A DNA stretch of 64,000 bases from Phoronis australis (GCA_002633005.1 NMRA01000729.1:107353-171352); one strand, 5' to 3'. Counted from the first letter of the stretch, positions 24,400-39,700 are shown. Notes: generated by a model not told the origin, from the sequence alone. Made by a program: numbers and translations.

Positions 24400-26308
24400 G
24401 TTCCACTTTCAGCTGCCACTATTGACTTGTCTGTCAGTACACAGCTTCTTCCTGCAACACAACTTGTGCAGTGTCTTCACTGGCAACATAGGGATGGGCA
24501 GGAGCCCAGACTGAATTATAGGGAGTGGGACTTGTCTCATAAAACATCTGCCAGTGAACAGTTTATTTTACAAATGGTGTAACTACATCACTACCTACAC
24601 GGAATTACAGGAAATCATTCTGGATTTTATTCATATTCAAATAAAATTTCCAAAGTTGAAAACATGTCAAGACATCAAAGCATTTATAACTAAATGAATA
24701 TACCAATTTCACTGTGAAATGGTTACCGTAGAAATTCAGTTCATATGAAATGATTCACCCATGGGCAAGATTGAAACAAAAACTTCATTTCGTGATCTCA
24801 ATGCAATTCAGCAAACACAAATTTTTCTAGTGTTAACTGAGTTTCTTATCATCCTTTAGATCATTCTTGCAGCTTGCTCTAATGACCTCTGACCTCTGAA
24901 TAACTCAATAACTTAAATAGGAACATGGATTCAACAAAATATATCTCACTATATTCATGTGTGTTTACAGTAACGCAAATACATCAGATCATTGCACAAA
25001 TACCTTACACAGACCAGCGTTCTAAACACAGGTACTGTCATCTAACCGTTCTTCATATTCACACAGTAATAAGATACAGCAAGATTCGAGTGCCTGTGAT
25101 TCACTTAGTAAACGCTAGTCCCTTCAACAAATTAGGTAAACATTTCCAAGTTAACCACTGAAATAAAAGTTCGCTTCATTATTTATCCACACCGCCCCCT
25201 GGGGGGAGATTCTGTGAGGAAAGAAGTAGTGCCGATCATTCCTTGTGAGATCACTTTTACCAAACATTCCCATAATCTGGTCACATGACTTTTAGAATGA
25301 AAACATGCTCAGACGTTATGTACAGCTGCTTAACACCTCTATAGTTCATTTCCCAGCTCTTTAATGGATCCATTTTGCAAATGCATAGATAACCAGCGAG
25401 ATAAACTGCAAGTTCTATAGCAAACATATCTTGAGCAATCAGTGTTAGAACGAATACAATCGTTGTGAGGGCAATTGAACTGATAAATCAAGTCAGTTTT
25501 GGCCAAAATTCGGCCTGACTTTGTGCACATATTGTTTTTAACCACAAGATCTTTAATTTTATGGTTTTGCTAATATACAGTTAACGAAAGGCTATCTTCT
25601 GGTTTAACAGTCGTAACATTATTATGGATGATCCGTTTTAAAACTTGTTCATCTTCAATATAACGTGAATGGAATTGGTTGCGGTAGAATAGTTTCTTGG
25701 TACATGGCTATACATATAAAAAATGATGATTATGATGAATTTGGCATTAAAACCTCTTTATAGGAAACCAACATAAGATTGGGTTTGTTTACATGAAACC
25801 AGCAAATGTCGTCTGATATATAAGCTCTCTGTTCTGACGTGCTTCTTGAATAGAGCATATTCTGCATGCTTAGACTGGGAAACCTTTAACACTGAGTATA
25901 AGCGCATCAAGCAAATTATGATAAATAACGGTTATAGTTAGTTGGTGAAAATACGAAGCTTTTCATAAGCCCCTTACATAAGCCTGTGTGTTTAAAACAA
26001 ATAGAGTCAATTGGTTCAATGAAATGTCAAAAAGGTGGACACTATACTAATACATTTTTGGGGATAAAGCAATCTCAAGATTCTTAAGTACGCCAGCGTA
26101 AACTCCGTATTCATGAATTCTGCCCACGTGTAGTCTGGAAATCCATGTAGTTCACGAAATACGTAACTTAAAACCTGAACGTGTTGAGAAGTCTCGCGAA
26201 TTCGCGCGATCAAGCAAATGTCACGTCAGCCTTTTCAGTCGCAGAATTGTTCAAGTCATCGCTTGAGGAGTGATGGAAGATGTTCTGCGGAGATCTGTCT
26301 TCACTGTC

Positions 26309-26386
26309 TCAATACGAAAAGTTTGCATACGTATCAAAAGTCTGTATAAATCTTTCTGCCATGTGGTACAGCGACGTGTATTGGGC
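26309..26386 (-). CDS. Gene B last exon, D2 end and C-terminus
   Basis: [25 protein letters not shown]. Confidence 0.9.
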   Translation of the reverse strand, partial: AQYTSLYHMAERFIQTFDTYANFSY

Positions 26387-29300
26387 CTGAAAAAATATGT
26401 AATCCTTTTAATAAACATGTAGAGAGAGAGCACAAAGGGCTGACCAGAGACAGGCCTCTCAGTCTTTTCACCTCGCGAGCTTAACGAATCTGCTCGTCCG
26501 CGAATCGTTTCCGCTTCCCACACTACACATTCACAACTCAAAAAATATACTGATCACGACATGGGAAAACACGGCGTGCGAGTGCCGCAGACCGTCCAAA
26601 GTATTGTTAAATATATGGGCTTTACAATTTGTTAAGCCTATACTTCCTTCAAAATTCAAAAGCTCACCAAGTTAACAATGAACTGCCAACGGGAAGATCT
26701 GGTCTTCTTCACAGTCTGGAACACGTCCACGCCCTTTTCAACTTTGATCTTCTCAAATAAGTTGGCGAGGGCACACAGATATCCGCTACGTGCACAACCG
26801 TCCCTTCAAAGAAGCGATGAAAATCAGTTTGGTGAAAGTCAGGGGCAATTTCCGCAGTCGCGGGACACAAACGAGTGATCACGAGTTTCGTTTGCAACGC
26901 ATGGCGGTATCATGCGATGAATTGCGTGGTCTCACTTTTCACGCAATACACGAGTCCACGATTTCAAATCAAGCATGCATAGCGCGAGCACACTGATATG
27001 GGAAGAAACAACATGTAGGTAGAGTAAACATATTTTACATTGTGCTCTGTGTAGACCCGGCAAGAAAATGCAGATTTCTCTTAAATAGTCAATAAAAACC
27101 CCGTTTGATAAAAAATTGTACCCACCAGCACGTGAATAATGCGGGTTTGCTTGGACACGGAGACTTACAGATTATTTATGAAATTGTTTTGTTTCTGAAC
27201 CTCGGTATCACTGGACTGCTGATACTGGACAAATTGGTGACATTCATAATTAAAAATTGTAATAATATGATGATTTCAATTTAAAACGTTTAAAATCATT
27301 CACTTTCTTCGTATCAAGAGCTAACTAAGACCACCAATACAAATCTCGGGGTGGACATCATGAAAACGTGGGCTTCCTTTCAAATATCCGGATTTTTACC
27401 CACATAATTGGCATCTTACAAGACAAACCAAGGCGGAGCATAAGAGGTGAGCGAAAAGACAGTTTCTAGCCATCCTGAATATGTCCGGAATGGTATTATT
27501 ACGACCTTTGACAATAGAAATCTTTCAAAAATGCTTGGTTTTAAGATGCCTCATTTCTTTCCCGTCCACCTATATAGAAAACTTACGAGAATTCGTTTGT
27601 TTGGTATGCTTAATTAAATATTCAAAATGGTGGACGAAATCGTGGATTCGTGTATAAACTGGCTTTACGGAACGCAGACCGATGTCTAGGTTCTAGATTC
27701 ATGTTCGAAACTTCTGCAATCACGTGCATGACAGACTTCAAATCTCTAACTTCACTCGAAGGTGTCACACAATTGGTCAAGGTTAGTGTCCAGTACCAAG
27801 TAAAAAGTTTATACCACCGGCCGTGAAACAAATGTCGATGGACACATTAACCTTTTTGGTCAGTGTTTTACTTGTAATGAATGCAGTAAATCCGATTTAT
27901 CGTATCAAAATTACTCACCAACAGTGCACTACGACAGCGTGCTCTCCAGTTTGGTGTCGAGACGATTCCACAATCTCAAGAAGTTCAATAAGTGCACTTT
28001 GTACACCAGCTGGTGGTACAACCAGTTTGTTAGGCCAACCTTTCACTTCAAAATGTTTGATTGTTCGACCTCTGTCGTTTGGCTGAAAGCAAAAAGTTAT
28101 TTGAGATTGACCTTTAGCGAGAAGGGACGCATTTTTTCTACTCTCCCCTTGACGACATGGTGTTTACATGTACGTTTAGCTGCACAGCGGAAATCCACAA
28201 AAAGTTCTGTAAGACTTTATCTTTCTTTACGTGACGAAATGGCCATGTTGCCCCATTTTTTGTTTAGTTAGGAACCCGAAAACGGTCAACTTTAGTTTGC
28301 ATAAATCACTTATTTTTTATACTTATTCCTCTCATTGTCCGTAATTTTGCAACTATGATGGTCTGTGGAAAAGCTTGGTTTAAGTTTTCATTTCATTGTG
28401 CACCGACGTACACTATTTTACCGTATTCTTATATAGCCTATTCTGTACTGTGTGCGATTTTGAAATCATTGACAGAAAAAACAAGTGAACAAACAAGCTT
28501 ATGGATACTGTATAGCCTTCAGAAAGTATAAGTAGATTCAGGGGACAGAAAGTCTCATCTTTAAAAACGAATCTGTCCTTGTTTTGTCTTGGGTCCCCTT
28601 GGCTAATTTTCTTGGGTTATGCTATTGGCAAAAAGTATTCGCGGAAGTCCTACATATGGTTTAGAGAGATAATGGTTTACGTAGTACATACAAATAGAAC
28701 AGTCAGAATCCACAACGTGTATGTAATAAAGTTGGACTTTCACAAAAAAACATCATCTCATCATGAAAACGCAACAAAAACAAAATAGCAGCTACAAATC
28801 CATGTTTAAAGTAAATGCCAGTCCAGTCCCCATGCTGTGACCTTTGTACTCTTCTTTTTAAGATAAGTACAGGAGTACGTTATGATTCACGTGGATAACT
28901 GTCTAATCCCAGCTTTTTATGGCAGCAGCAATAAAATTACAGGTGAATAAATTTAATGTCCAGTTTTACTCCATACCTTGATTTCGTTTTGCTTTTTTAG
29001 TTGCACAAGTCAATCATTTGTAAACCTCAATACACTAGAACATCGAAAAATATGCACTTATCCCAGGTTTGTTTCAGAGAAGTACGATTAATGCCAAACA
29101 CAATTTTGATTTGCAGTTTGCAAAATAGACCCCAGGACGAGAAAACTCTGACGACCAATATCGCAGCTGCAACGAATGTGAGACTAAAAACACAAGCGTG
29201 ATAAGAGTACATAATGACATTCTGCCACTCAACATTCACGATTCCTGTTAGGCACGGAGAATTTAGGGAAATTTATGGCCCCTTCAATACAGTCTTCTGA

Positions 29301-30672
29301 TCATTCCAGAAGTGCACACATTTCCCACAATTCCTCAGAATGTGTATGCAAACGATCAATGCTGACGTCTAAACCAGAGAAGACACGCGTCGTGGGAGTA
29401 GTGGCATACCTTTTTCATAGTGTCAGTCAAAGTGAGAGTTCTCTGCTTAATGACGTCACAATGGTGACTTCTGGAACCAATGAATTTAATCTCATAACGC
29501 TCGAAAAGCATCGTTCCTTCATCTGGCCAGTATTGAGGAGATTTCTGAAATAATGGAATATGACAAACTAAACTTAGACAGGGGATCTCTTCGTAGGGAC
29601 TAACTACAGGAATGGTTTTGTTTCCAGTTATGCCTTGGTTACATAAAGCTTACAATGTCTATTAAACGAGGTTGCCGCAGAAAAATGATCATGTTGGATG
29701 ACCGTCGGGCGATGATCGGTAGCGCCAATGAAAAGTCGTTATCAACAAAAGCCCAATCACTTCTGCTAATCCCATAATTAACCTATCGCAAGCTCCGCCC
29801 CTTGCGAAATGTCGACACACAAACAATAAATTTTACCTGCCTCCCGTTCAGTAACGCTAGGACCTCGCTAAAAGGCAAGACTTCGCGAGATTACGTGAGA
29901 TACTGCCGTGCATTCTGAATGAGAGCATGTGACTTTGACTAGTTTTTAGCTAGGTCCTAGCGTAGGTCCTAGCGTCTACTGAACGCACGCCAGGCAACGT
30001 GTGTTGTTTGTCGGGTAAAATAGCGGCTTGGAAACGAAGGTGTGTCAAGAATGCTGCGTTCTCATTGGTCGGTTAAGCCGTTGCTCAAAATCCTGGCGAT
30101 AGATCAATTGTCCGCTCGTGCTAGGACTCGGACGTCGACCGATATGTGAGCAGGCATAAGGAGGCTTACAAAAGACGTTTTTGTAACATTTTGTTCTTTG
30201 GAAAAAGAAAATATTAGAAATTGATAACTTAATCAACAACTTTAACATAACATCAAACACCATGCTCTTTACATAAGGCGTGTTAACTCAGCAATCAGCA
30301 ACGAATCTCACATCGTCTTTTCCATTGGTATCGTTCAACATGACGATCACGTGACATTCGTGATCGTGAACCATCCTCCAGAAATCACCAACGGTGTTGG
30401 GTAACGGGCTTTGTGTTACGATGAAGGCATCGCGTTGATTATATCCCTGAAACAATACCAAACGGAAATAACGTAAAACCGCTTCTATATGCGAACGTTA
30501 AAGTTTTCTAATATTCGGGTATCACCATTTAGTTTGGTGAAAAATCCCGCACTATTACCTACTCGAACCATTTAAAGCTGTCATAAACCGGCGTTGTGTG
30601 CAAGAAGCAAACCTTTGATTTACTCCCCTTATATCTATCTGATACCAACTCGTCTCAACGTGTTCCTTAATC

Positions 30673-30739
<67 letters not shown>

Positions 30740-33700
30740 CGGCGCAAACTATGATACGCCGTGAAAAAACAACTTGTGGCTACTGATCTCAAGCAACAAT
30801 CAGATCTCTCCAATACCTAGATTATTGCTAAATTAATTAGTCACACTTTCACCACAGAGCGTGATCAAATGTTAGTTTTGTGATGGACAGATATGTTTAT
30901 AGCCCCTTTCAATCAACGTGTGAAAACAGATGAAGTCTCCATTGTATGAATCACCTTTGAGAAACAATGGTGGTCAGTACTCATCTGTGTTGGCCCTGTT
31001 TGTGAAATTTCTAGTTTCTGGTTGCGGTATCATCTAAGACACAGTACTTTCATTGAAACAGTACTTACATCGACAAATACAGCATTAATATAATCGTTTC
31101 CGCCTTTTTCTGCCGCGGTCACCAAATACGGTCTTGACCTTCCCACTGAAATGATATTCAACATTTATACGTGAGAATTTGTATCCCAAGTAAGAACGAA
31201 AGCATCGATTCAACACAAACGAGGCCGGTGAATTTGTCAAGTTGTTGATTAGTTTAGTACAATGCCTGTTTTGGATATCCAACATCAAAGTACTCACGCG
31301 GAAGAATGTTTTGGTCTCTGTTCTTGAAAATGTTTTCTTTTAACCGTCCTGCGGCGTATTCTTCATCGTCACCGGCATGACACAAGCGGTTCACTGTCTA
31401 CAATGCAAGTGAATCAGTTCCAGCCGTGTTACTCTTAACTTCAAACCGTCAGTAAGCAGGGCAAACTAATCTTCTGGATTCATATACAGAAATTGACAAA
31501 GGCTATGTGTATTTAAAGTCATAAGCCTGCAAAATATAAAGCGCTAAGTAAATTGCTAGGCCGGAAAGTATAGGTATGCTGTCCGTTTTGAACTAAGCAA
31601 CTAAGCAAATGTTTCTTAAAAACACAGGTGTCTGACTTTTTTCCAGGCATCCATACGTTTAAGTATGGATACCTGGAAAAAAGCCCTTGCTCCCCTGATT
31701 AACAAAATCAAGACCGATTTCTTTCAAAATGAATATGGGTGCCTCCGGGGCGTTTGTGCATCTGAATAAGGCAATGGCCCACCGATACTCACCCTGAATT
31801 CTTTTTGGAGAATACTATCGGTGAACGTGAGATCCTTAAGAGGAGACACAAACTTAGCTGTTGGAATGAAGGTGTCGCCACTGTGCAATTTCTCCACCAT
31901 GGCGGTGTAGATGAACTTGTACTGACCCTAATAAGAAAATGTTAGTTAAACTTAGTGGTCGCACCGCTACTAGGCCCAATGTATTTACCATTGTAGGATT
32001 GGTTAGTGACCAAAATTGTTACATCTCTTCAACATAACGATATTTTTAAAGTCGCTCGTTTGTTCTACAAATATTCAGGGTCGTCTAAAAATAATTAGGA
32101 AGTGTTTGTTCAATGAACATCAGCTTTTGTCTTCCAACACTAGCACTGCTCAGTTTTGTTGCTTCAAGTTGATAGGACTTCAATAGACTAGCTGAAGGGA
32201 AACTCGAAAAGAACAATTACTTGACCAAAATGGGGACAATATATAACAAAAATACAATACTAAGGTCCTTTTACAGATAAAAAAGAACAATTTAAAGTGT
32301 GTGCAATCCAGACTAGCAATTTGTTGGATGTCCACTCATTCTTCTAAATAATGACTAGTCATCTGTGTCGGCTACTTGAGTTCCCGCCATTCATTGCACG
32401 TGCGATGTTTTCCTTTAATCCAAAAGATCAGTTGCTTTGGTTGATTAGGCAGTGTGACCTGATATGACAGGTGCCCACTTTCTTTACTCGAGGTCGTGGA
32501 TTCCAGTCAAACGCGGCCACACTGCTAAACGCTTGACTCAAAGTTTTTAGCTCGTCGGCTCAGATTTAACTATATATTAATAAAGTACAAAAATGGTTCC
32601 AGGTGATCAGTGCAATGGGCCCACATGTGCGGCCTGAGCACGTTTGGTACAAAGTGTATGGAATTCCAAGTCTGTCAGTAGATAACGTGAGTGGGTTTTA
32701 CACGTCATCGCTTTCGCGTAGACTCGTTTACCTGTAAATCTATCTTGTAACGGGTTAATGCGTTCCAAAACCCGTTAACGCGACTGCTGAACGCATCCCA
32801 GTTAACCTTGAAAGGCGTTTGAACCCAACCCATATGATTGGCAGTCCTTCTCACACATAGACATCGCCGGGAGTTGTGAACATAAACAAGTTAGTGGAGG
32901 GGTCAAGTGGGCGATTTAAGTACGCGATAATTGAGACGTCATCTTTGGATGAACTGCTTCCATTCATTGACTCGGCAATCGGAAGCCGCATCAATTTTGC
33001 CTAACGCGCACGCGTGAAATATGTAAACGCAAAGGTGTAAAATCCGCACGCGTTAGTTACTGACAGACTTGGAATTCCCTAAACGTGTACAAGATCACCT
33101 GCGAATATTTCTTATGGTGATTAATTATTTTTTTCTTTTGTTGCGAAACTAAATTATGGTACCAGAATAGGATATAGCGCAAAATATCCAAATCTAGTTC
33201 TTCCTAGCGTTAATCATTCCCAGATATAACTAAACACGTTCCAATTCACCTTTTCTCTAATTTTTCTGCAGCAACCTCTATATTATTTAAAATCTCAAGT
33301 CTTAACATGCAGGCACTAGATATATTTCTGAAAATGGCATTGATGTGCCAATTGTGAACACTACGTTTGCACATACCAGCGTTTGGACCATATTCACTCG
33401 CTGCTGGCGCAGTTGCCTAAGTTGGCCCATAACGTCAATTGCTCCTTCTGCCTCTGCTTGATCGGACAAAATGTTCATCATGATGAAAGTGCCAGTTCGA
33501 CCAACGCCGGCACTGCAAGAAGTTGACATGAAACCGTTACTACGTCTAAACTAACTTCCCTGCGAAGTCTCCTCNCCCCCCCCCCCCCTCCCATTGAGCA
33601 TACTTCAACCAAACTTTACATGTTCACGGTAGCACTTATTAATAGTCTTTCGGCGAGTGCGAACGTGCAGGTTCACGATCACGTGTGCGTTGTGTTACCT

Positions 33701-36700
33701 TTTACTTTCGGCTACACACACGCCCACTTTAGTGGTGGCGCTGAAGTCAATGACCAAATCACAGACAATAATCTGTTCGATTTAGCGCTGTTAGATTACT
33801 TAAAGCTACTGGGCGTTGCCGTGTTCATATTAGATGTGGGTGATAATCTAAGAAAAACTTATAACAAAAGCACTCGAATAGAGTTTACGTCTATGAGAGA
33901 AGAGCTAGTCATTGTATCATTTTAGTTAGCTAATCACTGTGTTTTATGTACATATTAATCCAGTGATGTTTAGCGTAGAGCAAAAGAACCGTGATTCTGA
34001 ATTGTTGAGCAGTTGAACAGTTTGACCCAATCATCACAGCCACAGCTAGCCGTATTCAACAAGTTGACTAAATGGGGTAAATGGTAGTCGACGGGGGACG
34101 GGACAACTTGCAGACACTTTGCAATTGGTGGGGGCAAATGCAAATATGATGGAGTGAAAACAATCAATATCCCAGTTGTAAAAACCAAGCTGTCATTTTG
34201 TTTTCTGATACCGAGAGAGATTTTGGACAAAAATGCAGATAAAAATTGTGTTTAACTCACAACCTCTGTATTATTTATGTTTGCTTTGAATATTTGTAAC
34301 GGAAGAATTCTTCTCAATTGCTTTCCTGAAATATTACAGAAATTGTTTTTTGCACAAACTTGATTGTACTTTTTCTGTTTCACCCATTACCAAATTATTA
34401 CTGAGGCTTTCTTGAGAAGAATCAGAAACGCGACAAAGACCTTAGAACAAAGGTCATTTTTAATTATAAAGGAGTAAGACATAATGCACTGAACCTACAC
34501 CACCACCAGGATGGCAAACGTTTCGAGAAAAAATGCAAAAAGCACTTGAAACTCACGTTGTGCAATTAAGCGAGATCATCTGTCTGACCACAGGCGTCCG
34601 CAGCTTCTGATCTTCCTCAATACAATACATATATATAGTGTAGGGCATCGTAAATGCTATCAGAAGAAAGAACAATTGCTCATGGTTTGTTGAACCCGTC
34701 TTTTGAAAATTTGATAAGTTTAAATTTGTGTTTGATGTGGACGGCTGAAGTGAAGCACCAGGGGAATTCCTAGTCCCGAGTGTCATATATTGTAGTATAT
34801 ACATATTGTATTGTATTGGAGACTATTAGAAGCTGATGACGCCTTTGCATAGGACAGGACAAAACGCGAAAATTTAGGTCAGCATTGTGACGTAGTAAGT
34901 AAAGAATGTCGACCTCACACATCCACGTTCGCGTTTAACGTGTGGTAGAAGCTCTCAATTGCTTCGGCTTTTGTTTATGTCCGTTCACGAGTGAGGCCGT
35001 AGGAAGTCACTTAATAAAGCTTAAAACTTGCAAAGAACAGTTTTTATAATTTATTTGTTCTCGAAAACAATTATTTGCCATTCCAGGGGAATGGAGATAT
35101 TCTTCAAGTGAGGGGTTGGACGCAACAAAATTGTAGGTCAACTTTTTGCTGTACAACAGTAAGCCAAAAATGTCACCTCATGCATTGGCACTCCCGTTTG
35201 AACTCGTAACGGGACTACTTGATATGTGTCATAGACTTTTTTCTTAACATCGAGCCTATCTTTTATGTACTGAGCATTGAAAACGTTTCATAGCGATTTG
35301 ATGAACGAGCTGCGTACTTCAGGAATTATGGATACATCAGAAGAAATTCTATCGAGTTGTATCGCATGTTGAAAATACCTGCAGTGTACCACGGTGGGTA
35401 CGCCGTCATTATCTTCCCGGATGTGGTCTTTGACGGTTTGGTGGAACTTCCACAGAGCTGAAGAGCTGCTGGGAACTCCGTGGTCTGGCCAGGACGTGAA
35501 GTGGTATTGGGTCGTCTTAAGCGGCTCCGCTTTTGTATCCAGCTGTTTCCAAATTGCGAATGAAATTTGCAGAAGTTGATTTTGTTGTGAGTTCTGACTT
35601 GCCTCAAGATTGATAATTACACTATTTACATTATTTTTAAAAGATATTTTACGTCAATAACAATGTTTAAGAAGTAAGTGTTATAGATGATGAATCTTGC
35701 ACTTCATTACAAATCATTTTAAAGGTAACGGCCGTGCTAAGGACATTATGAGCTTTTACTTGTATACCTGAACTATTTCAAATTTCCTTATGGTGTAATG
35801 GTCCTCTCTTTCAATATCAACAGGGACCACCTTGATATCACCGTGTGTTATCGCCGTATTCACAGGCCAGTACTGCTCACACTTGCGCTGCAGCGATAAT
35901 ATGAACGGTACACCAACCATAGCAAGTACATGTGTTGTCACTCAGAACGTCAGGTTTATCTTCGTTATACAATGGGGAGTGAAATGATGGAACACAAAAC
36001 AAGTCCAACGCTAATTTTGACAACGTTTTACGTGGATTTATTACAACTTCGTTGTTTTGAGTGAAACAGAACACATCTTTACCCGAATTTCATCAGTTTG
36101 CGTCGAAACGCACCAAAGCATCGATTTATTAAAACGTTACCAATAGACCGACTTAGGGATCCCCTCCAAACGCGACAATCAACATTTTTGGGTCGTAATT
36201 GACGATTTGTTGTTGCTTCCCTTTCAACACTTTTAATTCGCCGTAGTTGAGTCAGGTGGATAGAAATCTTGTATGAGATTGTTTTTCGGAGAAGAATGAA
36301 GTCGATTTGTGACATAACTATCCTACATGGTTTGCTTATAAATAATAAAAATTATGAATAAGGACTTTTAATATATTTCCCTTTTTTCGACTGCCTTGAG
36401 CAGAATAGTTCAACAACATCATATAATACAATGATTGAGATGTAGTGGATCAACGATCAACAAAAGCTTTCAGGATTTCTGTCTAGGATTTCTAATGAAG
36501 TTTCCATTGTTAACACTCTATATAATCAATTGATGATTCAAAGCGGAGAAATCATCTACTGCTTACCTTGCCGTCTTCAACACACTTTGTTACCATGACG
36601 ATCCTTCTCACTCCTTCTTGCCATATCATTCTCCAAAAGTCGTCCACAGTGTGTTTGTTGGGACCTACAATAAGCAAACGAACAGAGGTACGAATCAGAG

Positions 36701-39700
36701 CACCAACACTCATTTTCAATATGCTATCTCCTTTTCATTTTAATTAAACCTTCATAAGAAGAATTTTTTCCAAGTAAACAAGTTTGTGTTCAGAGTTAAC
36801 GTTTAGTTTTTTTATCTTACCATATAATTAATGGGGATACGTCATCGAAATGGCCATTCAATTTGATGCGAGTCTTCCTTCCATTGCCTAACTTGACTTG
36901 ACTTGACACTTTTATGAAATCGATAGTAACAAATGCAACTACAGGCTGCAATGTGAGAACCAATCATATTTTGGGAACATTATTTGATTGTTCGGACACA
37001 TTTTACTTTCTTAACCAATAAAAATGAAGGAAATGATAGTCGTCTTAGTTGAAATTTACTCAAATTAGTCAACTGGTGGAAGTCGCATATGTTGGCAGTG
37101 ACAAGGTCTTTACAGACGTACTCTACTCTTCATACACAACACACATCATGCAGTGAAAACCACAAGATTTTTCAGTTACTGTACAAGGGAGTCGGATTTC
37201 CAAGCTTAGAAGACGCTTAAACATTGGTTTAAAATTAAAATGCATAGTGTTTATTAAAAGGAAACCCTTCGTCATACCCTTACCAATTGTTGCTATGAAC
37301 GCCTTCGGGCTGTTGTAAGCATCGATATAGCTGGCGTTAATGTAGTCTGAGTTGGCATCGTGTGGCAGAGTTTCAAGAACAACACGGTTCTTGTCATCTA
37401 CAAATGATAGTCCAGAAATAACTGCAGTATAACAGTCACTGCTGGAGGTGAGGGTGTGTAAGTTAAAGGAAAAGTTTTCAAGTCGATCTTACTGAGCCGT
37501 CCTCTAATTCATTTCGTGGACACTACATTTCAGACAATCTGACTCGATTGCATACTACTGCGTGGTTATTACCATCTCCCCCGAGAGGCACGTTAGGTTC
37601 CAACACCCTTTATGTCACAAAGCTGACAACGTGTTTGACGTGGGCGATCGTTTCCTGCTGGTGTTGATTAACTGGTGCCACGTTCGTCGAATAAGCAGAC
37701 TTTGTAATACGTTTTCAAGCTTGCTCCAGTACTTCAAGGTTAGAGTTTTCCATGTTACAGTGAATTATTTTTATTAGATTAAAGTGAGCAAACGGTAATA
37801 AGGCTAAAACAAAATTTAGATAAGTCTATTTTCAAAGCAGCTATCACAGTCGACGTGGAAGCAGGTAATGACGTGTGTCACTTTCAATATAGAGAGCGAC
37901 ATGATCTCCAAGATGCATTTCTCTCAGATCAACAAAGTTATATTCTGAAGGAAGAAACAGTACACTAACACTACTGGTATATTTATAAATTACATGTCAA
38001 AATGTTCTTGAAGCGATTCTTCTTCTTGTTCTGTTCCTTGGAGCCGGCGTCATGTGGGAAGACGTGGTCATTGGGTAGGCTCTGTAAAATAGCAACTAAT
38101 ATAGAACATCAGTTACAACACATGATTATCACAACAACGGTCATTTGAAGATAGCAGGAGAAAGATCCAAAATTATTTCGTTCAGGAATCAATCATCAAA
38201 TTACAACATAGAGAAGTGTAGTGGTTACTACAGATGGCACGTGGAGTTCAGGTTCATTAGGGTAAATGATATCTGCGCAACATTTAACTTCTAATATAAC
38301 GTAGAAAATAAATCTGAAACTAAATATGGCGATCCAGATCCTCCCAAGGATACTATTGTTTCACGAAATGTAGAATATAAATCGGTAAATAAAACAACAA
38401 GAATGGATCAACTGAAATTTAAAATTTTCGGATGCAATAACTTCCTTTGCCAACAGAAACAGAAATAAATGTGATATTTCCATTTTCTTGGGCTGTAATT
38501 CTCTCAAGTCGAAGCTGACGTCACTTTATCCCATTTTTTTCGATCGAAACCATTTGCAGTCGTTCAAAGTCATAGTCAACGCTCGCTGAGCAAAAGACTT
38601 AAAGAGCCAACTTACATGTACACGTACATTGGTTCATTCTGTTACATTTTTACAAATGAAGTTAAGACAGTTAAATGGTTCTCTTAACGAATTAAACTGG
38701 AGTGAGGCTGGGGAGCACATTTTCTATTTGCAAGTTGATCTTGTATTTGAGGAATACAAAAAATAGCCCGAGCAATTCGACCATCATTCCTAGAGAAGTA
38801 AAACCTTACCCATTAAGGATACTTTTGTCGTTCGAACTGTTGAGAGTGACAGATTAAAAATACGTTTGCCAAAACTGTGCAATGTATGTACTCCTTAGTT
38901 CGCAACACATAGTGAAAACAAACGAGTGGGTGAACATGCAGGTTAACGAGAGGGCCCCACTATACCTCGTATTCTCTCCCGACTGTATCGTCACCGAAGG
39001 TCCGCCCAACATACGACACTAAGTCTTCAATTTTGATAGGTTTGTTGAAATCTTCGTACACTGGCTCAGGTGGGGGTGGGTGGGAATTTTGCGGACTTGA
39101 GTTCGCAAACGCCACATTCGCGTAAGCGTTGCTGCCACTATTGTCAACAGGCATTTCTGGAACGAGTGAGAAATATTTTTGACATTCTTTCTGTGCTTTA
39201 TAATTCAAGAAAATATCTAATTGAACCAGGGAACTTTTCACAGCAGTTTTGTACGGGAAGTTGCACAAGTTACCTCGTTTTATAGAGCCACCAGTAATGC
39301 CTGCCAAGCAATATTTGTTGACATTTCAAAAAATATACGCTCAAATCCTTTTTAAAAAGCTTCAAAGTACAACAGTAAAAGATCTAACTTTGGTATGACC
39401 CAATTTTACGACAGGCATAGCAACACTTAATTGCTTACTCGAAGGCAGGGTTTTCAAGAATTACGGTTAATTTCTAGAAATAATTTTGATAAGTTCCCGA
39501 AAGCCGGGTAAATTAATCCGAACAAAATACTTCTTGGTGAAATTCTAAACAAAGTTGTCCTCGTGAGTGCTAATCTAACATAAAGGAGAGATAAATGACG
39601 TTAAAATGTTTTCGGCACATACCGACAAGGTACCTAAACTACACGACTAACGGATTGCGAAACACCATGTCGGACTCATAAAACACGACTCACGTACCTG

